Below, one piece after another: positions 51,420 through 64,000 of a stretch of 64,000 nt of DNA; position 1 is the first letter of the stretch, and every line of letters begins with the position of its first letter. Under the pieces are notes generated by a model. It had not been told where the DNA came from and ran no database searches. It saw only the letters and a program-made list of their open reading frames with translations. The position numbers and the translations under genes were made by a program. This DNA comes from Eledone cirrhosa. Its lineage: Eukaryota. The DNA lies in NCBI GenBank assembly GCA_964016885.1, contig OZ024743.1, positions 167,772,001-167,836,000 on the forward strand, given 5' to 3'.

Positions 51420-54130
51420 TAGTCAGTTCTTAGATAAGCCAGCTCTGTGTTTATAGATAATAAACCCAATGAGAAGCTGGTGTATATCAACGCTGGGTCC
51501 AATTACCCTAGATATATAGTTAAGGCAGTAGTTAAGAGTGTCTCTGACAGGATCTCTAACTTGTCGACTAATAACGAGATCTTCAATAGTAACGCTGATT
51601 ACTATAACTCAGCGCTAGCTAAGGCGTCCCACAGCCATAGGATCAGCTATAACCCCAAGGGACATGATCGAGATGACCCAAGGGTACCCCGGACCAATAC
51701 TCTCAAGGGCATGAGTCGCCCACCTAATACCTCAGTGACCAGTAATAACACTCCTAGACCCCTATCCGTCACCACCCCCGGTAGAAGGTCCCGCATAGCC
51801 CACCGGTCTAATACCTACAACGCTGAAGACCACTGTGCTGCGGAGCATAGGCACTCCTGCACCGGCCCCACCTCCCGCCGAACCCTAATTGAGCAGGGAG
51901 GCCGCACCTCGCAGGTTTATAGCCCCACGGTGGGCCCACATAACCCTCATGATAGTAACCGCTCCGCACACCTGAGTGACACCAACCGAGTTCGACCTGA
52001 GCTGTGCACAACCACGCGATGGACCACGGCGGACACCCAACAACCCCGCAAGAATAGGACCAGGAAGGTCACATGGTATAACCCTCCGTACTCGGTGGGT
52101 CTACGTACCAGCCTGGCTAGAACATTCTTTAGAGTACTGGATAAATGTTTCCCTAGGGCCCACAAGAACCATAAAATATTCAACAGGCACACGGTGAAAC
52201 TTTCCTACTCAACCACACGCTCCGTAGCCCAGCACATAGCTGGCATAAATAGGAATAGGCTCACTGCCTCTAATACCACCCTAAACCCCGGAGCGACCCA
52301 ACTGAACCAACACGCGGGACGCACCAGACCCCGGAAAGACCCAACTAGCACACCGGAACCCAACGACTCTGTGCTCATTGCGGCGGCTACCCAGCCAACC
52401 CTGAGTGATGGTAACCACGCGGTACATGTGGTGGGGGTTAAGAAGTCATTTAATTGCAGAGACCCATCACTATGCCCCCTTAGTAATGAATGCATGACGA
52501 AAAACGTAGTCTACAGGTGCAAGGTCACAACCCCTAACTAAGAGCACCACTACATAGGATCCATAGCGATGAGCTTCAAAGATAGGTGGTTTAATCATCG
52601 CCATTCCTTTAACAGAATAGATAAGAGGAAATGTACGGCCCTTTCTGAATTAATCTGGAAGCTCAAACTTGAAAAGACCCCGCACTCTCTGGTCTGGTCC
52701 GTGGTTAGAAAGGTTCCCCCAGACAGAGGCGGGTCTGGTATTTCAAACCTCTGTCTTAGTGAGACACTCGAGATACTTCATGGCGGAACCAAGCTATTAA
52801 ACAGAAGGGCCGACTTATTCGGTGTCTGCAGACACCTATGGACGGGAACTTTCCTCAAGCTATATGGATAAACCCCGGTTAAGGCCTCCCACAACGCCCC
52901 CTCCACTGAAGGTCCTCTACACCCCGTACCAATGACCAATAGACAACAACAGCCACCCATAGTTTGTGGTCCCTATGGTGGATGGTCCACCGGATCCTCT
53001 ACTGATTAGGAGTCATCAAAACCACGTTTTATTGAACCTGAGGAGCCCCCCCCCTCGGAGCGGCCCACATCCTATACGCATAAATGAGTGCCGCAACCGT
53101 GCATTGTGTGTGTATACTGGGACTGCGTGAATGTACACACTCATGTGAACGCAACGTAATACTAATACCCCAGGTTGGATTGATAAATGTTCGAGTGTAT
53201 GCATAAGAGTATATTTGTATATACTCTCTTGTATGAGTGCACACGTGTATATAGACATACACGCGCATCCAGAAGTATAAAAGTGTGGATGGGTATATAT
53301 GTCTGTACTAAGGGATTCGCCTAAGCTCCAAAGCCCCCAAGCTATTGCTGTGAAGATATATATCACACTCTACCTTTGTCTAGTCTAAACAATAACTTTT
53401 CCAAACACCCACTTTACTTTTCTTTAAAAATAACACCCACCTAGTTTTATGTCTGCCTTATACTTGGATTTGGGCGCCTCTGTTGTATATATATATGCAC
53501 TTGTGCGTACATATATATATATACACACCTGTGTAGATGTGTGTTTGTCTGAGGGGGTAGGTGTGAGTGTATGTACATGTCAACCAACATAAGTCTTTTT
53601 ATTTCTAAATTTTCTAAACTATCTAAGTATTTGACTCTAACCATTATTTTAAGTATTACCACCCCACATTAATTCCTCAATTTGTATGTGTGGATGTGTG
53701 TGTGTGTCTGTGGAGGTGGGTGTGAGTGTATGTGCAAGCCAACCTACATAAGTCTTTTTATTTGTAAATTTTCTACTCTAACCATAATTTTCAGTAGCAC
53801 CACTCCACATAAATTCCTCAATTTAAGAATGACCTGTAGTATCTATTTCATACTATTAACCTTAATTGAATATATATCTGACCAGGAATGCTTTTTGTGA
53901 AAATCAGTCATATGGGACTATTGTCATCTTGCCTGACGGTTTGAACTTTACAACACCACCTGCCTCTTTGAGGTCAAATACCAACCCTACTAGCATCTAC
54001 AAACTGACCAATGAGAATTAAGACTATTCCTGCTGACAACATTAAATTATTCCTAACAAGCTCATATGTCCCAAGGCTCTGATACCATCAACACTAGAAA
54101 CACACAGCTGGCATATCTAAGAACTGACTA

Positions 54131-54186
54131 ACTTCCTGATGAGGTCATAGCCATTCAATGGCTATCATCGAAATATATATAGCAGT
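54131..54186 (+). ncRNA. Minimal type I hammerhead ribozyme (family 6)
   Basis: acttc-CTGATGA-ggtcatagcca ttcaa tggctatcatc-GAAA-tatata-TA-gcagt. Confidence 0.78.
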
Positions 54187-54452
54187 AAATAAAGGATTAT
54201 GAGTTCATGCAATTGACTTATGTTTTGTAACTATATATATATATATATATATGAGTGGCGAAGGGTAACCTGGAAAGCAGGGCATGCAGTCCAATCGGAA
54301 AGTGGCGGAAAGTGTATGTGTGTATGTGTATGTATATATGTATGTACATGTGTGTACGTGTGTATATATGTATGTATATGTGTACGTATGAATGTGTGTG
54401 TGTGTGTGCGTGTGTATGCATGAGAGCGTGTATATATATATGTATATGTGTA

Positions 54453-54500
<48 letters not shown>

Positions 54501-55084
54501 TATGTATGTACACATATATATGTATGTATGTACATATATATATGTATATATTTGTATATATGTATGTGCGTATGTACCATCATGTATGTTTGTTGTGTGT
54601 GTGCCTGCCTGTGTGTGCGTGCGTGTATGTGTGTGTACGTGCGTAAGTGGGCGCGTGTGTGAATGTGCTTGTCGACACCTCGAATATATATTAAGAGAAA
54701 CTTCACAATAAGGGGAATCTCCCCAACACTTGAATCTGCTGATGGAACCCTTTCTGCCTTTGTCACCCTTATTTCAGCCTTAAAGAATTAGCTTCTAAAG
54801 AATTTCCCCATTCTTTAAACCATTGATCCCCACCCATCCTGTAGACACCTCTTTTACAGGCATTGTTAGTGTAAGTGATAAACTAGGATTGGTATTCCAA
54901 ATTTAAATTTGTTTACAGTATTCTTTCTGCCTTTGTTAATATTATAGCTTTAAAGAATTAGCTTTTAATGAACTCCCTTTTCTTTAAATCCTTCAACGAA
55001 TGACCTCCACCCATCCAAATCCCCACCCTCTCCTACCACCAGAAAAGAAAAGATATAAATACCACTACTTATTTGGACAGCCAA

Positions 55085-55126
55085 CTTCCTGATGATTTCT
55101 CACGAATGAAACAGTTCTATTAGAAG
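55085..55126 (+). ncRNA. Hammerhead (family 7) in the PLE-C pseudo-LTR, stem III damaged
   Basis: cttc-CTGATGA-tttc tcac gaat-GAAA-cag..TA-gaag; stem III is intact in the sister copy at ~51167-51191. Confidence 0.62.
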
Positions 55127-55158
55127 CTCTTCTATATTAAAACTTTTATACTCTGCTA

Positions 55159-57381
55159 TTGAGTACCTTACTTACTGTGGTTACCTCCGATTCAACCCGG
55201 AATAACTCATCTTTTAGCACTCCTAGTGCCCCTCATAACCATCACCAAGAAACTAATCTGACCAAACTCGACCTTGATGTCTCCATGAAGAACATCCCTA
55301 TCCCTCCAAGGAAACTTTACCTTAAAACACTCATCAGACGTGCAGTCGAGTTCATCAAGCGAATTAGATGGAGAGCCTTCTCCCTCAACAACCTTGATGT
55401 AGCATCTACCAATGATGAGAAGTTCGGTTTCAAAACGAATAAGGCACCACCCACCAACAGCCTACTTGAACCATTTGAGGAAGACCTCTTCAAGATGATC
55501 AAAGATATCAAATTTCTACTACTTAAATACTGAAATGCGGAATATAAAAATTTCCCCCAATCTCCATGTCTCCTCCGATAAAACCAAAAACATTTATGAG
55601 GTAGACCCACAGACCTATAATAAGCTGGCAAAAAATGCCATCACGACCACCTACAAAAAGGTAAATGAGATGGCATTGACTGAGACAAATGCGATAGGAA
55701 AAGAAATCGCCAAGTCCCTTAAAATACACGACCGAACGGAACCTTTAAGGGTAAACACCCCGCACTTTACCCTGAAGGACCACAAGGAAAACTTCCTCAA
55801 CAAACCATCAGTCAGACTTATCAACCCCACACGTTCAGTCATCGGCTCTATCAGCAAAGTGATCCTCGATAGAGTTCTACCATCATTGCGGGCTGCCTCA
55901 CCACTCCCCGTCTGGAGCAGAACATCTGAGGAAATCTCTTGGTTCCAAGAATTGCCCGACAAACGCCACACTCGCTTCCTGCAACTCGACATAGAAGCCT
56001 ACTATGCTTCTATCTCAGAGCCCCTCCTGAATGACGCACTTACTTTTGCCAGGAATTTTACCACCATAACCGACGCTGAGCAAAATGTAATCCTCCATGC
56101 CCGTAAGACCTTCCTACACCCCGAGGGATCTTACTGGATCAACAAGAAGTCTCAGAACCCCTTTGACGTCAGCAAGGGAGCGAGTGATTCGGCTGAAATA
56201 AGTGACCTCGTGGGCCTGTACATTTTACATCACCTGAATAACCTCTTTACTGGCCTCACCGGAGGTTTATACCGAGACGGCGGCCTCTTCGCCTTGCACA
56301 AGGGTAACCACAGAACCACTGATGGGTTTCGGAGAAACCTAGGCTCGTTCTTCCGTAATCTAGGATTTAGCATAACCATAGAGTTTAATATGACTAGGGC
56401 CAACTTTTTAGATGTCACCCTCGACCTAGATACTTCCCTCTATTACCCGTACCACAAACCTAACGAGTTCCTTAGATATATTAATGTTAATTCTAACCAC
56501 CCCCAAAACATCACTGATAACTTAGTAAAAAGCACCTCAATTAGAATCTCTGGCCTCTCAGCCAATGAAGAAATATTTAACGCTTCCGCCTCCTACTACA
56601 ATGACGCCATCGCTCGCAGCGGATTTAAAGAAAAGATAACTTACCTAGAAACCACCGCAAGACTACATAGGAGGATAGGCATAGGCAGATTAGTTAGTAC
56701 AACCCCCCCTTCAATAGAGAGGTCTCTACACCTATAGCTAGGACTTTCTTCACTTTTCTGAACACACACTTCCCCATACAACATAGGTACTACACCATCT
56801 TCACTAAGAACACACGAAGATTCTCCTACTCCACTACACCTAACCTAGCTAGGAATATAGCCAATCTCAATTCTAAAAAATTAAGTAACCCAATTACCTC
56901 TGAACCCAATCCCCGAACTGAAGCCTTGTGCAATTGCCTAAATAAGGAAGTCTGCCCACTCGAAAACAAATGTCTGACAAATGACATCGTAAACAAATGT
57001 GATGTCATCTCAGGCACCGATGATAGCAACAACAAAAAGACGTACATCGGCATGACTGGCAATAATTGTAAGACCCGGTGGTATGCCCATACCCACTCTT
57101 TCAGAAGACCGGACAAATCAAATCACACAACACTGGTCTCCTATGTTTGGGACCTCAAAAGGAGCTCCACTACCTTCACGCTTAAATGAAAAATACTCCA
57201 GAAAGCGCGCTCATACAAGAGAGGACACAAGTGCTGCGAGCTTTGTATCTCAGAGAGCTACGAAATAATATTTGCCAAGGGCCCGCTACTTAACAAACTC
57301 TCTGAACACTGCCCGAATTGCATGCACAAAAACTTTGCAACTTTCAAATACCTTAAGCCAGTGTTAATGCCAGATGGCTAA
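55159..57381 (+). pseudogene. PLE family C polyprotein (RT + GIY-YIG), near full length, disrupted
   Basis: SMKNIPIP..RIRWRA, SDKTKNIY, LKDHK..VRLINP, DIEAYY, GLYRDGG, FLDVTL, SNHP, CNC..CPL, TYIGMT..KTRWYAH. Confidence 0.9.
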
Positions 57382-57686
57382 AACAGATTTCCTTTTTTTT
57401 TTTAAACCCACTCGAAAAAATACCCCCACCACCCCCTTCTCACCCTACCCCTACCCCCTCTCGACCCGAAACACGGCACTATGGTCATGTAAGTACTACT
57501 TACCTATTTGCTCTTTCCGCATGTAGAGCGTACTTCATCTTTATACTGTATATATGTGTGTGTGTGTATATGTGTATATTTATGAGTGTATGTATGTACA
57601 TATATGTATGAGTGGCCGTACGTATGTGTGCGTATGTTTGTGTTTACGTGCGTTTATATGTATAAGCATATATGCGTATATGTATA

Positions 57687-57768
<82 letters not shown>

Positions 57769-57802
57769 CATGTGTGTATGTATGTGTTTATATACGTTTA
57801 TG

Positions 57803-57850
<48 letters not shown>

Positions 57851-57879
57851 CAAGGTTTAGCAAATAGGGATACATACAT

Positions 57880-57920
<41 letters not shown>

Positions 57921-57929
57921 GAAGTTCTA

Positions 57930-59513
57930 TTTAAATTGTTGGGATACAACAAGCAATCACAAATTAGGAATTATCTTATTTAAAATTATGGAAAGGAACT
58001 AGTGAAGTTATCGATTAGTTTAAGGAAATTAAATATAACTGTAATAATAAGTTTCTTCAATTGGATATTGCTAATTATTACTCATCCATCACTCCTAATC
58101 TACTTAATAAAGCACTAACATAAGCATTTAAACATACAGACTTAACTAGTAATGAAATGCAAATTATCTTATCGGCACGGAAAACATTAATAGAATTTAA
58201 TAACCAACTCTGGACTAGAGCAGATAGAAATAATAATTTTGATATAACTATGGGATCATCCGATTCCGCTCAGGTAACGGATCTTGTGAGCCTCTTTATA
58301 AATAATTCTCAACATAGGAAAATACCTGAGATGACCGGAGGTTTATATCGTGACGACATGCTATTACTTATCGAAAATAATAACTGTGAATTAAATAGGA
58401 AAAGAAAAGAAATTATACAATTCTTTAATTACCTTAATCTAAAAGTAGAAATAGAGAATAACCATAAAATAGTTAACTTTCTAGATGTAACATTAAACCT
58501 TAACACATGTCTTCATTATCCATTTCACAAACTAAACGAGAACTTAAACTACGTTAATTTTAACTCTAATCACCCCAGATCCGTTAAAAATACTATAGTG
58601 AATTCTGTACAGCAACGCATTTCTAGAATTTCAGCTAATAAGAATATATTTGATGATAAAGCACATTATTACAACGAAGCGTTAGGTAGAGCTGGGTATA
58701 GAAATAAAATTAAATACATTGATAATAATAATATAACAACTAACCATAATCTTAACAATTTTAGCAATTTTAATAATTTTAACAACTATAATAGAAAACC
58801 TTACAATAATTCCGGAAACAAAAAAAAGAAATAGAACTAGGAATATATTATGGTTCGCCCCTCCTTTCTCATTAAATATTAAAACTCCTATTGTTAAACT
58901 ATTCTTTAAAGCTCTTGACAAATGCTTCCCTAGAACACATAGATATTACTCAATTTTTAATAGACATACTATAAAATTAACTTATTCATCCACCAAAAAT
59001 TTAGCGCAGAATATTAATAGAATTAATAATAGAAATTTAAAACCTAACCAAAATACCACTAATAACCCCAGCAATATCCAATTTGATAAATGTAACTGTA
59101 GAAATAAATCTAACTGTCCGTTAAATAACAATTGCTTAGCTAAAAATATAGTATATAATTGTAATGTAAAAACTAATTTAAATTCATTTAATTATGTTAG
59201 ATCTACTTCCACAGATTTTAAATCTCGTTTCAATAACCATAAAAACTCTTTTACACATTTAAACAAAAAATCTTCAACTTCTCTATCTAGCTTATTATGG
59301 GACCTCAAATTAAAGAACGTTAAATATTCGTTGCTTTGGAATATTATTTCAAAAGCTACTCCTTTTAACTCCTCTTCAGAAAATTGTGATCTTTGTATAG
59401 AGGAAACATTCTTTATATTAAAGACCAACAATTCCCTGAACCTAAGGAGCAATTTATTCAGTTACTGCAGACATAGATTGAACTCAACGTTTAAATATAA
59501 ATTTAAAATGTAA
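57930..59513 (+). pseudogene. PLE family D polyprotein (AT-rich), 5'-truncated, disrupted
   Basis: FDITMGSSDSAQV, GLYRDDM, FLDVTLNL, SNHP, WFAPPF, CNCR..CPL, CDLCIEE..CRH. Confidence 0.88.
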
Positions 59514-59738
59514 TATATAATTAATTAATTCTATTAATATATTGAACCTATCAATAAATCATTAGATTCCTTCTTTTGACTGCTTAAACTCTCAAGTTAA
59601 AAAATTCTTGTAGAGAAAAAAATTCTTGTAGAGAAACATACTGAAAGCTCTTAAAAGAGAAAAATATTTTATTTGAAAGTTTCTCCTATTTTTAAGAGTT
59701 TCTCTTTTGAAAGTTTCTTTCTTTTTCTTAAGGCTATA

Positions 59739-59872
59739 AAATTAAGTTAAACATACTGAGAACTAAATATTATATAGAAAATTTAAATTTTTATACTGAA
59801 TCTTAATAGATTCAGTATAAAAATTTAAATTTTCTATATAATATTTAGTTCTCAGTATGTTTAACTTAATTT
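59739..59872. repeat. Perfect palindrome, 65-bp arms, 4-nt loop
   Basis: 59739-59803 is the exact reverse complement of 59808-59872. Confidence 0.9.
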
Positions 59873-61177
59873 AACATATTCTTATTTTAAAATTATATCT
59901 TGAAATATTCTATAATATTTTTTAAAATTATATTGATTTAAAGTTATATTGCTTATAATTATATTTCCAAATCGTAATATAATTCATTTTTATTTTATTT
60001 TATTTTATATTATATATATTATGTACTTCAATTATACTATGTACTGTATTTTTATATCTCTCTATATGTATGTGTGTATATATATATGTATGTATATATA
60101 TATGTGTGTGTGTATGTATGTATATATATATGTGATGCATATCTACCTGTATCTGTAAGTACATCTATGTGTATCTATGTGGGGATTGCGTGTATATATA
60201 TGCATACAATTCGAATGCACTCGTTTATAAGGATTTTCTTCAGGTTCGTGATAAACAAACTTATATAATAACAGTCACAACTACATAACAGGTGGATTTA
60301 TTAGATATAAAACTTATAAAAAAAATTTGTATAATAACATAAGGTTTGTATAACCTAAAATTTCCTTTACTATCTTAACATTTTTAACATTTAATATAAC
60401 TAAATAACTTAATTTCCTTCACGCTGTTTCGCTATTACATAGAAATGATTTTCTCTGTTTTTTCTACGATTTTCTCCGACAAATCTATAAGTTTATGAAA
60501 ATTCCTATATCTTAAATTGAAAAGTCCTTTATTATATGTATGTATATGTATGTATATGTGGGTGTATGTATATATATGTATATGTATATATATCTGTGTG
60601 TGCGTATGTATATATATGAATATATTCTTTTAATAATATATGGATTTTTTAATAATATATATTCTTAATAATATATAGCTTTTTTAATAATATATATCAA
60701 TTTTTAATGTATAGATCTCAATAATCTAATTGATAAACTAAACATTTAATCATATTGAAGCAATGGTTAAAATTCTCCTATTATTTATGTATTTTCCATT
60801 CACGCTTATTTACACTTCTTTACTCATCCATTAAATATCTATTCTTTCACTTCATCTCAAAAGTTAAGCTAATACAACAACCTATCATATCACTTAGAGC
60901 TTTCTCTTTCTCTTTTCTCTTTTTTTTTTCTTCTCTTTCTCCTTTTCTTATTTTTCTTATTTACACCTTAGAGTTTGCTCTTTTTTCTCTTTTTTCTCTT
61001 TCTCTTTCTCCATAACACAACGGCTTATTTAAATCTACTGTGATTTAAAAATATCCGAAACTAATTTGCATAATAGTATAAGTAAATTTATAACCCCACT
61101 ATCCGGGAGCTTCCAACAGAAATGGTCGCATTCTTTAAGGGTTTGTCAATATTTATTTATAAAACAGCTCTATATTA

Positions 61178-61242
61178 TATTTTATCTGATGAAAGCACAC
61201 TATAATTTAACTTGGTGTCCTTGAAATATCTATAATGAAATA
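61178..61242 (+). ncRNA. Minimal type I hammerhead ribozyme (family 1)
   Basis: tattttat-CTGATGA-aagcacac...gtgtcctt-GAAA-tatcta-TA-atgaaata; ~1.7 kb downstream of the PLE-D ORF on the same strand. Confidence 0.85.
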
Positions 61243-61336
61243 AATATGGTTTTATAAATATAGTTTCCATTTATTAATATATCGTATATATATATATATA
61301 TATATATATGTTTTTGTTTATATATGTGTATATATG

Positions 61337-61401
<65 letters not shown>

Positions 61402-61643
61402 TTGGATATGTGTGTGTATGTGTGTATTTGTGTATTTATTTATATATATATTTATATTTAGAACATCTGTGGAAATGGTAGGTTAGGACAAGGTCACAAG
61501 CACACGCGCCAACACACACGCGCCCACGCGTGTGCACACACACAAACACGCACATAAATACATATATACACATACATATACATATATACAGACACACATA
61601 CACACTTGTGTGTATATATATATGTACATATACACACACATAT

Positions 61644-61682
<39 letters not shown>

Positions 61683-61689
61683 TATATAC

Positions 61690-62870
61690 CTATATATACA
61701 TATAAAGATTTATATATACACAAACTAAACAAAGTCACAGATATATATGTAGCAACCATTCACGATGTGGCTCAATGAAGAATTAATAAATTAAATTATC
61801 AGAGTGATATATCAGAAAGTATGTCCATAGAATCATTTGATAAAATATATACACCATTTCCTCTCCCAATTAGCTTAATTAACCACATAAAAAATCAATT
61901 AGACCAGGCTATAAGATTAAAGGCTCCTATGAAGAAATATTTGATAAATAAATGACAGCAGCCTCTTCGCAACCGACCGCAATAGAATATTTACCCAACA
62001 TTTCAACAGCATGTAGAAATCGACTAAATTCCGTCAACCATACACAATTAGGTATAGAATTACATTTAGAAGAAATGCGTACACTCTTACCATGATTATG
62101 TCTCTACTCTCGGGTTTCGTTCGTATTTTGAGATATCCTATTAAGGATAAAATCTCGAGTTTCGAACTCGTCAGGAAACAAACTCATAGGACAGGTAATT
62201 TTCCAAAGCGATCCCCGCCAGAAACAGATTCAAATTGGCTAAGAATCGTGACGTGGCAGTGGTCAAGTTATAAAGAATGTGATTGGTTGCTTACGGCGAG
62301 TGGGCTGGTTGCTAGAAAGCGCAGTCCAATTTTTGCCCAAATTGTATCTCAAACTAATGGGAGATAATTACATATAAAGATTTACATATACACAAACTAA
62401 ACAAAGTCACCGATATATATGTGGCAACCATTCACGATGTGGCTCAATGAAGAATTAATAAATTAAATAATCAGAGCAATATATCATAAAGTATGTCCAT
62501 AGAATCATTTGATAAAATATATACACCATTTCCTCTCCCAATTAGCATAATTAACCACATAAAAAATCAATTAGACCAGGCTATAAAATTAAAGGCTCCT
62601 ATGAAGAAATATTTGATAAATAAACGACAGCAGCCTCTTCGCGGCCGACCGCAATAGAATATTTACCCAACATTTCAACAGAATGGTTGCCACACATATA
62701 TATCTGTGACTGTGTTTAGTTTGTGTATATGTAAATCTTTATATTTAATAATCTCCCATTAGGTTGAGATAAAATTTGGGCAATATTAGGCTGCGCTTTC
62801 TAGCAACCAGCCCACTCGCCGTAAACAACCAATCACTTTCTTTCTAACTTGACCACTGCCACGTCACGAG
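61690..62870. repeat. Non-coding repeat with a direct duplication (61700-62010 / 62372-62682) and an inverted segment (62245-62430 / 62683-62868)
   Basis: Internal alignments; also homologous to 28670-28960 (-). Confidence 0.75.
62099..62180 (-). ncRNA. Type I hammerhead ribozyme (family 8)
   Basis: tgtttc-CTGACGA-gttcg...cgaac-GAAA-cccgagag-TA-gagaca; extended stem II hairpin. Confidence 0.75.
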
Positions 62871-63680
62871 AGATACAGAGAGAGGGGAAGCAGTAAAAAA
62901 GAAACAGACAATCGCAGCTAAGGAAAAAATATAAATATAAGAAAAATGGAGTGCTGCGTGGTTGCACATGGGTTACATATGAATAAAATTAGTCCTTCAT
63001 TAGTGATCTTCCAACCTTCATTGGTATTTCATCGCTTTAAAAATCATATACCTCTGGTTGGTGCGAGCAATAACTAAATAAAGTTATTGCGACAAGTAAA
63101 ATAGTGTGAAGCGAGCGAGATATGTAAACAAACAAAGATGGTATTGCAACGGAAAGATAGGAAGAGACAAGTACATGATATCTATAAGCTTAAGCTTGGT
63201 GAAATCATGGACGACAGATACAGACCATCCGACATGGGTGAGATGTGAGCGAGAAAAGGATTTCACACAGGTCAAACGGGAGGAAGTGAGAGAGGAGGAG
63301 AAGCAGAGAGTGAGCGAGTGGAAGTATGAGGAAGAGGCCACCTGAGAGAGAGAGAGAGAGTGTGACTGGCAGAGGGGTAAAAAGAAGGTGAGAGATACAA
63401 AGAGAGGGGAAGCAGTAAGAAAGAAACAGACAATCGCAGCTGAGGAAAAAATATAAATATTAGAAAAATGGAGTGCTGCGTGGTTGCACATGGGTTACAT
63501 ATGAATAAAATTCGTCCTTCATCAGTGATCTTCCAACCTTCATTGGTATTTCATCGCTTTAAAAATCATTTACCTCTGGTTGGTGCGAACAATAACTAGA
63601 TAAAGTTATTGGGACAAGTAAAATAGCGTGAAGCGAGCGAGACATGTAAACAAACAAAGATGGTATTGCAACGGAAAGAT
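62870..63680. repeat. ~290-bp direct repeats (62870-63160 and 63390-63680), unclassified
   Basis: High similarity between the two blocks. Confidence 0.75.
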
Positions 63681-63762
63681 ACATACACATACACATATAC
63701 ACACACATACATACACACATATATATATATATATATACACACACATATATATACATACACAC

Positions 63763-63871
<109 letters not shown>

Positions 63872-63894
63872 CATATACACACACACATATACAT

Positions 63895-63981
<87 letters not shown>

Positions 63982-64000
63982 TACATATGTATATATATAC

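Larger units (their letters stand above)
51316..54235 (+). mobile_element. PLE family B, 5'-truncated, bounded by ~135-bp inverted pseudo-LTRs with hammerheads
   Basis: ORFs 51447-52541 and 52569-52871 (KPNE.L.YIN..SNYP, WYNPP, CRDPSLCPL..CMTKNVVYRC, YIG, FKDRWFNH); 51316-51452 is the reverse complement of 54098-54235. Confidence 0.88.

Noticed and set aside
63500-63570. CTGATGA on the minus strand as a hammerhead
   Set aside because: No GAAA with compatible stem II/III and stem I partner found; sister copy reads CTAATGA

Overview
Eukaryotic, gene-free window made almost entirely of nested, decayed transposable elements and microsatellites ((TA)n, (CA)n, (TATG)n). The SINE types suggest an octopod cephalopod, but that is an inference from recall. 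It contains two head-to-tail Tx1/L1-clade LINEs, two RTE-clade LINEs ending in three C2H2 fingers, four R4/Dong-like restriction-endonuclease retrotransposon 3' fragments sitting in (CATA)n, a Chapaev3-like DNA transposase relic, tRNA-type SINEs, and about eight Penelope-like element (PLE) copies or fragments (RT + C-terminal GIY-YIG). The signal missing from the ORF track is non-coding. About 15 type I hammerhead ribozyme (HHR) motifs have an intact CUGANGA/GAAA core, and roughly ten more are degenerate or half copies, together from about ten unrelated sequence families. Some lie in PLE pseudo-LTRs; others lie in ORF-less 431-bp and 531-bp repeats that look like retrozymes. There are also many fold-back palindromes and two retroelements with twin-priming-type 5' inversions. 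No host gene, rRNA, tRNA gene or CRISPR array is supported. All folds were done by eye and element boundaries are approximate.
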